Shown: one piece after another, positions 53,518-64,000 of the stretch
How positions within the stretch are numbered: position 1 is the stretch's first letter
Layout of the letters: each line of letters opens with the position of its first letter
NCBI RefSeq assembly: GCF_009914755.1
Contig: NC_060926.1
Source: the human T2T-CHM13v2.0 reference genome, Homo sapiens
DNA length: 64,000 nt
Direction: 5' to 3' (one strand)
Position numbers and translations under genes: made by a program
Notes under the pieces: model-generated
Databases searched by the model: none
The model's input: the letters and a program-made list of their open reading frames with translations, nothing else
What the model was told of the DNA's origin: nothing

Positions 53518-53989
53518 GAAGTATTATAATGATTAAAATCCATGTTTTGTAAAAAGCAGCCTCAGAAAGGTTATGTGACTCACTCCAAATCTCTAAGCAA
53601 GTACACAGTGGATCCTCAGCTGGAACTCAGCTTGACTCATTGCAAATCTTGACCCATCCACCCTGGAGCCTTGCTCCACAGTGAAGAGGTTTTAGTGACT
53701 ACCTTGCAGTAGGAGTGGAACGAACACAGCAAGATGTGGGGGCTGAGCTCCTGATCTCACTTCAGCCAGAAGAATTCTTGTTAATATATTTTCTAAATTG
53801 GGCTTCCATGTAAAATACAATTTAAAGAAAGAGTTTTGATGCATGAAAAAATCGTTTGAAATACAATAGCATTATGCCATGCTGCTTTCTTCTTAAATGT
53901 AAGGCATTGTAGATACAAAGAATGCAATACTTGATCATTGTTCTAAGCACATTTGTTACCCAGCGGAGGACATAAGTCATATACACATG

Positions 53990-56325
53990 CAGGCACGCCT
54001 TGTTTTATTGCACTTCACAGACATTACATTTTTTACAAACTGAAGATTTGTGGCAGCCCTGCATAGAGTAAGTCTATTGGCACCATATTTTCCAGCAGTG
54101 TGTGCTCACTTGTCTCTGTGTCACATTTTGATACTTCTTACAATATTTCAAATTTTTTCATTATTATTATATCTGTTCCAGTGATCTGGGATCAGTGATC
54201 TTTGATGTTAGTATTGTAATTGGTTTGGGATGCCAAAAACCACGCCAAAATAAAACAGTGAATTTAATCAATAAATGTTGTCTGACTGCTCCACCGACAT
54301 GCCATTCTCCATTTTTCTCCCTATCTTCAGGCCTTTCTATTCCTTGAGACACATCATATTTAAATGAGGCCAATTACTAGCCCTACAATGGCCTCTAAGT
54401 GTTCAAGTGAAAGGAAGCGTCATATGTCTTTAACTTTAAATCAAAAGTTGGAAATGATTAAGCTTGGTAAGGAAGGCATGTTGAAAGCTGAGACAGACCA
54501 AAAGCTAGGCCTCTTGCACCAAATAGCCAAGTTGTGAATGCAAAGGAAAAGTTCTTGGAGGACTTTTAATAAAAAGTGTTACTCAAGGGAGCACACAAAT
54601 GATAAGAAAAGTGAAACAGACTTATTGCTGCTGTGCAGAAAAGTTTCGGTGTTCTGAATAGGAGATCAAATCAGCCAAAATATTCTCTTCAGCCAAAGCC
54701 TAACCAAGAACAAGGCTCTAACTCTCTTCAGTTCCAGGAAGGCTGAGAGAGGCGAGGAAGCTGCAGAAGAAAAGTTTGAAGCTAGCAGAGGTTGGTTTAT
54801 GAGGTTTAAGGCAACAAGCCATGTCCATAACATAAAAGTACAAAGTGAAGCAGCAAGTGCTGATGGAGAAGCTGCAGCAAGTTATCTAGAGATCTAGGTA
54901 AGATCACTGATGAAAGTGGCTACACTACACAACAGATTTTCAATATAGATTAAAACTTCCTTCTATTGAAAGATGCCATCTAGGACTTTCATAGCTAGAG
55001 AAGTCAATACCTGGCTTCAAAACTTAAAAGGACAGTCTGACTCTTTTGTTAAGGGCAAATGCAGCTGGTGACTTGTAAGTTACAAACAATATTCATTTAC
55101 CATTCTGAAAATTGTGGGGCCCTTAAGAATTATGCTAAATCTACTCTGCCTGTGCCCTATAAATGTAACAACGAAGTCTGGATCACAATACATGGTTTAC
55201 TAAATATTTTAAGTCCACTGTTCAGACCTATTGCTCAGAGAAAAAGATTCCTTTAAAAATATGCTTGTTGACAATGTACCTGGTTACACAAGGGCTCTGA
55301 TGGAGCTGTATAAGGAAGTCAATATTGTATTCATTCCTGCTAACACAACATCCATTTTGCAGCCCATTGATCACGAAGTAATTTCAACTTTCAGTCTTAT
55401 TATTTAATAAATGCATTCGTTAGGCTGTAAGTGCCATAGATAGTGATTCCTCTGATGGATCTGGGCAAAGCAAATGGAAACTCTTCTGGAAAAAAAAAAG
55501 GACCATTCTAGGTGTCATTAAGAATATTTTTGATTTGTAGCAGAGGTCGAAATATCAACATGGACAAGAGTTTAGAAGAAGTTGATTCCATCCCTCACGG
55601 ATGACTTTGAGGGGTTTAAGACTTCATTGGAGAAAGCAACTGCAGGTGTGGTAGAAACAGCCAGAGAAGTAGAATTAGAAGGAGACTCCAAAGATGTGTC
55701 TGAATTGCTGCAATCTCATGATAAAATTTGAATGGAAGAGGAGTTGCTTTTTGTGGAAGAACAAAGAAAGTAGTATCTTGAAATCGAATCTATTCTTGGT
55801 GAAGATATTGTTAACATTGTTGAAATGACAAAAAGGATTTAAAATATTTCATAAACTTAGCTGATAAAGCAGTAGCAGGGTTTGAGAGGATTAACTCTAA
55901 ATTTGAAAGAAGTTCTACTGTGGGTAAAACGCTATCAAACAACAACACATGCTACAGAAAACTCTTTCATAAAAGGAAGAGTTAGTTGATGCAGCGAACT
56001 TCATTGCTGTCATTTTTAAAATTGCCACAGCCATCCCACCCTTCAGCATCCACTACCCTGATTAGTCAACAGCCACCAACATTGAGGTCAGACCTGCCAC
56101 GAGCTAAGAGATTCTGACTCACCGAAGGCTCAAATGATTGTTAGCATATTTTAGCAATAAAACATTTTCATATTAAGGTATGTACATTTTTTAGACATAA
56201 TGCTATTGCACACTTAGTAAACAAAACTCATATGCACTGGAAAAACCAAACAATTTGTGTTACTTGCTTTACTGAGATACTTGCTTTATCGTGGTGGTCT
56301 GGAATATCTTAATGAGGTATGCCTG
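53990..56325 (+). mobile_element. Tigger1, near full length
   Basis: TIRs CAGGCACGCCTTG... and ...GAGGTATGCCTG-TA; transposase start ATGGCCTCTAAGTGTTCAAGTGAAAGGAAG (MASKCSSERK) at 54388, disrupted by stops and frameshifts. Confidence 0.93.
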
Positions 56326-57921
56326 TACCATACTGAGAAGAAATGCAAGAGTTAAACTAGAGTCCTTTTAAAGCAATGGCTCCTTTTTGCTACAATGTGT
56401 CCTTGAAAACAGTGTTATAAAGCAAATCATTATAAAATGATTCCTATTTTCCCCATAGGAATTATGTCATAAAAAGGGTTATGCTGTTAACCAAAGACTT
56501 AGGATCCAATTAATTATAAATATAGCCAATAACAAGGCACAAGAGCAAAATGTAACATCATCTGAAATAATAAAATGATGATCCAAATCCTATAAAATGG
56601 GAATAAATATATAGAACATATTACAGCACATTTGGGCTGATTGTATAATCAAAGTAGTCTTATAACATATAATCGTAAAAACCTACACCATAAATCCGAC
56701 CTAAGACTAACATGCTAACAATAATAAACCAAAAACATGTAATGAAGGATAATTTTATTTCCTTCTTTTAGACCTTAGATGGATTTTTACAGGATGGTTT
56801 AGATGCCCACTTCTCTTAACATGTGAAATACCCAAGGAAATTAGTGCTTACGTGCTCCCTTGTTTTGGATTGACTGTTGCAGCAAGAAGAAGGATTCCAG
56901 ACATTCCATTCACTTGAAATACCACAGAAAATGATGACTGCTGTTCACAGTAGATATGGTATGTTTCATACTGAAAATATGTTTTAATATGAAAGTCTGT
57001 TCTTTGGTTTATTCAGAGCTCCTCAAAAACTTCTACTTTGGCTCATGAGGATTAACTGCTACAGGGATTGCTCTCATGTTACAAAGAAATAGAAAGCTGG
57101 AAATCTAGAAAAAATGGTGGGTTTCAGCCACTGAACAACAGACAGCACAAGACTTGAGAGAAGGGAAACAAGTGATCCTTGAGAGAAAGGAAACAAATGA
57201 AGTGACACTTATAATTTTTCCAGATTATTGCCTGGAGGCAGTTTCCAGGTTGCCATGCAGAGAGAATAAAACCAAACACAGCTTGGTGACTAAGTCAAGG
57301 TTGGGATGGGAGATGTAGGGGAGAGAGAGAATATGAGTGTTCTGGAAATCTGTAAAGGCGTCCCCTTGAGTCTTTGGCTGAGTACTAATTCATGCATGCA
57401 TGAGGGAAAACTACCACCGGGCAAGGAAAGCAGTACCAGAAATCATCAGGCTGAACAATTCCTAGATCCAAGGCTATGAACAGTCTGTGTCCCAACCAGC
57501 CAAAGTAGGTAGATCTAGTTACTCATGGGTCATTCAGTAGAGCCCTCAGAAAAGTTACACTTTCCCAGTATTAGGATTAAATTAGTCCCACAATAAAGGC
57601 TACTCTGAGTCTGACACAGCAAAACTTAACAGCAATCTTTGAAACTATCAAACTGATTTACAAATTACTTAACTGCATGCCAGATCAAAATCCAACACTC
57701 TTTAAGGGAATATTAGCAAAATTCAGCCTTGATGATATAAAATCACAATGTCTAGTATCTAACCAAAAGTTACCAGGCATTCAAAAAAGAAGAAAATTGG
57801 ACCTATAATTAAGAAGATAATCACTCAGTGGAAACAGAGATAGAAGTCAAAGCGATAATAGAATTTGATGATCTTAGAACAGCTTATTATAAACCTTATA
57901 AATATACTTACTAATATAAAG

Positions 57922-58123
57922 CAGGGGGCCAAAAACCTTTTCCATAAAGAACTGGAGTATAAATATGCAAATATTTTAGGCTTTGCAGGTCGTCAACTAT
58001 TCAACTCTCCTGTTGAGTCATGAAAACAGCCATCATAATATACTGGCAAATGGGCATTATTGTGTTCAAACACAAATTTATTTATAAAAGCAAGTGGTAG
58101 AACAGAAGCCTGTGTGTGCCTTC
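57922..58123 (+). mobile_element. MER58-like MITE
   Basis: CAGGGGGCCAAAAACCTTTTCC...AAATATTTTAGGCTTTGCAGG; 8-bp TSD AT(A/G)TAAAG. Confidence 0.75.
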
Positions 58124-58242
58124 ATGTAAAGGAGACATGGGCAAATCAGGGGAAAAATGAAAGACTGAAACAGGCCCAGATGGAAATTTTTGAGATAAAA
58201 AATATACCGGATGGGACTAAAAGCAGATTAGAGAGTGTAGGG

Positions 58243-58456
58243 CAGTGGTTCTCAACAGGGGCCCGTTTTTTACTAGGGAACATTTGGTAATGTGAGGACG
58301 TGATTTTTGTTGTCAGAAATGAGGGGAAGGTGCTATTGGCATCCAATGGGTACAGACAAAGGATATTGCTAAGCATCCTATAATTCACAGGACAGCTCCC
58401 CCAACAAAGTATTAACTAGCACCAAGTGTTAATAGTGACAAAGTTGAGAAACCTTG
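58243..58456 (+). mobile_element. MER20 hAT-Charlie MITE
   Basis: CAGTGGTTCTCAAC...TGCTATTGGCATC...CACAGGACAGCTCCCCCAACAAAG...GTTGAGAAACCTTG; TSD GTGTAGGG/TTGTAGAG. Confidence 0.85.
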
Positions 58457-59014
58457 TTGTAGAGGAACAGATCATTAGACTTGAAGACAAAGCAATAGAA
58501 ACCATCCAAAATGAAGCTCAGAAAAAAAGACTGGAAAAAATTAACAGAATATCAGTGACAATGTCAGTCGAATATATGTGTAACTGGAATCCCAGAAGGG
58601 AGGATAACTCTTTGAAGAAATAATAGCACAAAGATTTCCAAATTTGTTGAAAACTTTAAGTTCACAGAGCCAAGATGCTTAACAAACCCCAATCTGAAGA
58701 AACGTAAAGAAAATTACATCAAGATCCATCATAATCTAAATGCTTAATATGAGTGATAAGAAGAAAATCTTAAGGTACCTAAACAAAAAGAGATACAATA
58801 TATGCAGAGACCAAATATAAGAATGGCAGCAGACTCATTGTCAGAAGTCACACAGGTCAAAAGACAATAGAGCAATATCTTTAAAGTGTTAAAAGAAAAA
58901 AAGATTGTCAATTTAGGATTCTATATTCAACATAAACATCCTTTCAAAATGAAGAAAAATAGTTTTTTAGACAAAATTCTATAGGGACTTTCACTATAAG
59001 GAACGTTAAAAGTA

Positions 59015-59319
<305 letters not shown>

Positions 59320-59924
59320 GTTAAAAGTAGTTCTTCAGGCAGAAGGCAAATGATATCAGATGAAAAACTGGATCTACCTAAAGAAATGAAGAACGTCAGA
59401 AATGGCAAATATTTAGGCAAATTAAAAAACATTTTGTCTCACTTTTAATCCCTTTAAAAGATTTGAATGCTTAATGAAAAAATAATGGCAATATATTATG
59501 AGTTTATAACATATGTAGAATTAAAATGTATTACAATAATAGCACAAAGGCTGGGGGTAGAGATTGGAAATACAAGAATGTAAAGATCTTATACTATACA
59601 TAGTCATATTATTTGAAGGCAGCTTGTCAGAAGTTTAAGATAAACATGAAAAACCCTAGAACACCCACCAAAATTATATTAAAAAAGAAAGATATAGTTA
59701 ATAAAACATAGGTAAACTAAAATGGAATCACAAACAAATACTTCAGTAAACTGAAGCTCTTCATGGTTCCAGGGCTTCTGGACATCATGTGGCCTGATTT
59801 CTTCCTTCTTCTTTAAAAAGCCGTGAAAACACTAGTACAGACCTCAGAAAAGAATCTCCCAAGCCTCTGTGTTGACATCTTAGTTCCCGTCATCTATTGT
59901 TTCTATGTCCAGAGTCATGGGAAC

Positions 59925-59990
59925 CACATACACACACACACTAACTCACACACATAGACACACACACACTCTCACACACTCACACTCACC
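59925..59990. repeat. Interrupted (CA)n microsatellite
   Basis: CACATACACACACACACTAACTCACACACATAGACACACACACAC. Confidence 0.85.
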
Positions 59991-60599
59991 AAGCTTTATC
60001 TGGAGAACACATTTCAAATATGCCTCACAAATATATGCACAATAATTTTCAAACACATATGGGTGCTATCACATGGAAATCTATTCTAAAATGTCATTAT
60101 GTTTTTTAATCAATCAATATTTATGACTAACAATTAGGTTCTCATTCATGGAAGTCATTAAAAAGGGCTCCTCAATTTTAAGAGGCTAGGAACCATGGAA
60201 CCATTGTGATGAATTAAAGGGCTTGGCCTTGAGGGTTTGAGACTGTTTCTTGTAAGTAACAGGCAATTGCTGATGGCTTCTCAATGGTGTGTCATATGAT
60301 AACAGTGCTCTCACAAGTTTTACATTTGATGAAAATGAGGTAGAAAAAAGCTGAAGAGTTTGTTTTGAGGCTGACTAAAACTAATAAAATAATCATAAAT
60401 CAATCACTCAGTTGGTAACTTGTCTGCAAGACAGTTCTCTGGATCATTGAAGTGATTAGAGCACATATTTTACATCTGATAATTTGTGTTTACACTTGAT
60501 TGGATAAGCCATTTGTTGATGGGTTATTATGATATCTTTAGTGGACATCTGTAATTTTGTGTGATGTGTGATCAGTATTTCTTCTTTTTTGGGAACTGC

Positions 60600-61110
60600 C
60601 GCATCTCCAGTTGTTTCTGGTAAGGCTGTTAATAATTTCACCCCTCCTCCCCTTCTAAGCTGGCAATACCCATTCACCTCACATACAATAGTTGATACAG
60701 CTTGGACACATGATCCAAGAAGGGCTGATACTGACATGCTGTGTGAAGGAAGGGATGACTTTTGTTTTGGGATCATGAGGACCAAGAGCCTTGTTTGACC
60801 AGGGCTTCCAATGAGCAATCTTATGGAGAGTCTTATTGATAACAGAAAAAAAAAAAAAAATGGCAAGCCAAGTTGAGGATAAAGAGTCCTGAAAACAGTT
60901 ACTAATTTATTGTTTAATTAATTAAAAGATACATATTGAATATTTGCTATGTTTTTGGCACTGTTGCTGGCCTTGGGAATATGGCAGTGAACAAGCCCTC
61001 AGAGCCTGAAGCCTAGTTTCACTATTTTAGATTTTTCAGTTACATAAGCCAATTAGTCTTCCTTTTCCACTTAGTTTATCATTTTCTGCCATCTGATGGA
61101 GTCCAAGTAC
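60600..61110 (+). mobile_element. Very old MLT1-type LTR fragments (L2 inserted)
   Basis: GGACACATGATCCAAG; CCTGAAGCC...GATTTTTCAGTTACATAAGCCAAT. Confidence 0.45.
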
Positions 61111-61228
61111 ATTCTCTATTAATTCTGGTTTTAAAAGGTACAAGGATGATTTTAAGAAATGAGCCTGCTCTAAGACCAGAGCTTGGAATCTGCTCATTCT
61201 TTCTGGTATAAAAGCCTATCCACTAGAC

Positions 61229-61983
<755 letters not shown>

Positions 61984-62166
61984 ACCTAGACCAATGCTGA
62001 GCACTTGGGAGATTAATAAATATATTTTAGGGTGAAGTTGAGGAGCCATGGAGATACAGATTTGAAGAATATTGGCTTGCTAGCGATATGAGCCCATAAT
62101 AAGTTCATGAACATACATTTCTCTTTTCAATCCTTCTAAATGAAAAGTTCATGGTTCAGAATGAAT

Positions 62167-62456
62167 AGCCAGCTCAGCTCAGTGGCTCATGCCTGTAATC
62201 CAACACTCTGGGAGGCCAAGAATGGTGTATTGTTTGAGCCCAGGGGTTCAGGACCAGACTGGCCAAAATAGTGAGACCCTTTCTCTACAAAAAATTTGAA
62301 AAAAAATGTAGCTGGGTATGGCAGCATGTGCCTGTGGTCCCAGCCACTCAGGAGGCTGAGGTGGGAGGCTGGCTTGAGCCTGGGAGGTTGAGGCTGCAGT
62401 AAGCTATGATCACACCACTGCACTCTAGCCTGGGCAGTAGAGTGAGACCCTGCCTC

Positions 62457-62483
<27 letters not shown>
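62167..62483 (+). mobile_element. AluJ (Jo-like)
   Basis: TTGAGCCCAGG...GGTTGAGGCTGCAGTAAGCTATGATCACACC; poly(A). Confidence 0.93.
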
Positions 62484-62488
<5 letters not shown>

Positions 62489-62526
62489 AGCACACCAAAG
62501 AACTACAGTAACTGCCTTACCAATAA

Positions 62527-62656
62527 CCCATTTATGCCTGAGGTTGCAATTTTTTGAACTTTTGCAATCAGACTTTGGCAATGACCTTGAGCAATAGGAT
62601 ATAAATAACACTCACATGCTTGGTGTTCCAATAATGGAACACTAGGCATAAATGGG
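62527..62656. mobile_element. MER85 piggyBac (PGBD3-derived) MITE
   Basis: TIRs CCCATTTATGCCT...AGGCATAAATGGG; decayed TTAA TSDs (ATAA/CTAA); internal palindrome GTTCCAATAATGGAAC. Confidence 0.92.
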
Positions 62657-63369
62657 CTAATGGCACAGGCTGAAGGCTGATATGTCTTGGAAATAGTCAA
62701 CCCTAATGAGGTCTGAGAGGGTAAAGATCATACTATGAAGCTTTCCTAAAGGAAGCTGCTCTTATTTGCAGTCTGAGTGGAGGAGTAGGCACCTGGTCAA
62801 TGAGATAATGAAAAGATGAGTTTCCAGAACCATTCCACATCTGTGGACATGTTGGGTCAATGTAAGGAATTAGCCAAATCAGTGATCACCAGCCACTATC
62901 TTGTGCCAAATTGCCTTCTCAATACCCAGAGCCCCTAATTTGACAATTGCTGAGAACCAGTGACATCAACAGTAATATCTAACAGGAAAGTGGCAGGTGG
63001 TCTTCAGATACTAGTTTTGATAAGGGCCCACTTGCATTTATTTTTAGGTCCATCTTTCAGGGTGTTCTCTCTCAGAAAGATAAAAATCCCATTCAGTCCC
63101 AGCATCTTTTCACAGGCATGCTGCACCTCTGTGGTCATGAAATCTCTCCTTACTCTTTCCTAACTTTGGCCCTTTCTGTAGCTCTCTTAATGGCACCATC
63201 CCCCTCCTTGACATTGAAGTTCCCAGCCACAAAGGGTTTGACTTCTTCTTTCTTGAAAATTCCCACTCATCATCCCCCAGCCTCCCAACGAGTTTTTAAT
63301 AAGTTGTGGATTTCTGCCAATTCTATGCAGTCATTTAGTCATTCATTGAGACTTCACAGCCCTAAATCA

Positions 63370-64000
63370 TCAAATCCTGATTGGATCAAGGTTTCTGCCT
63401 GCCAAAAGAAAATGAAACTTCTCTGAAGAACAACAACCTTTAGAGCTTCTGGAATTCAATAAAATATTACCAGAAAGGACAGGAAACAGAGCCAAATGAC
63501 CCAAAGCCAATATAAAAAGCAATGGAAAAAAATAAAAACAGACCTTGAAGTCTGATATTGGAGTTATCAAATATAGACTTTAGAATAATTATAATATGTT
63601 CAAGAAGACAGATGAGCAATAAAGAATTTCATTAGAAAACGGGAATTTATAAGAATCAAATGGAAATTCTAGAAGTGAAAAATACAATAACGAATTAATA
63701 ATTCAATAGATGAGTTTAACAGTAGATTAGACACAAGAGAACAGAAAATTAGGATACTGGAAGAGAGACTCACAGAAAATGCCCTGATTGAATAATAGGA
63801 AGAAGAAAAAAAAGACAGAATATACAGAAAAGAATTCAAGAGACACGTGAGTCACAATGAAAAGGTCTAAAATACATATAATTTGAAGTCCCAGACAAGA
63901 GGAAAGAGGGAAAGGACAGAGGCAATATGTGAAGAAATACTGGCTGACAATTTTTCAAAATTAACAAAAACTTCAAACTTCTCTGTGAGTCCCACATAGA
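63370..64000 (+). mobile_element. Old L1ME-type ORF1 relic, runs off the window
   Basis: AAGAATCAAATGGAAATTCTAGAAGTGAAAAATACAATAAC...TCAATAGATGAGTTTAACAGTAGATTAGACACA...TGACAATTTTTCAAAA. Confidence 0.8.

Noticed and set aside
56350-56960. AT-rich stretch resembling an ancient Tigger-like element
   Set aside because: Could not identify both TIRs or a family.
57153-57200. ~25-bp tandem duplication CTTGAGAGAA(G/A)GGAAACAA(G/A)TGA
   Set aside because: Ordinary slippage duplication within an L1 relic.
60456-60866. 136-aa minus-strand ORF
   Set aside because: Non-ATG start next to a poly(A) run, overlaps LTR remnants, no recognisable domain.

Overview
Human genomic DNA: an essentially intact human-specific AluYa5 lies at 39419-39726. 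The window is dominated by interspersed repeats. These include about 17 Alu/FLAM copies, several old L1 relics, about 8 solo LTRs, near full-length dead Tigger3 (3659-7825) and Tigger1 (53990-56325) transposons, hAT MITEs, a MADE1, a MER85, and many MIR/L2/L3 fragments. I recognise no protein-coding gene, RNA gene or CRISPR array; the ORF track is explained by repeats or chance. All orientable LTRs and most L1s lie on the + strand, which suggests a deep intron of a minus-strand gene (inference). The most unusual signal not explained by repeat families is a set of short locally templated duplications of different ages. Four fall within 24.1-32.4 kb, two of them with clear template-switch or fold-back junctions, and two more lie at 48.2 kb and 50.6/52.7 kb. 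I found no convincing new biological system beyond this. Repeat subfamily names come from recalled consensus sequences and need RepeatMasker/Dfam confirmation.
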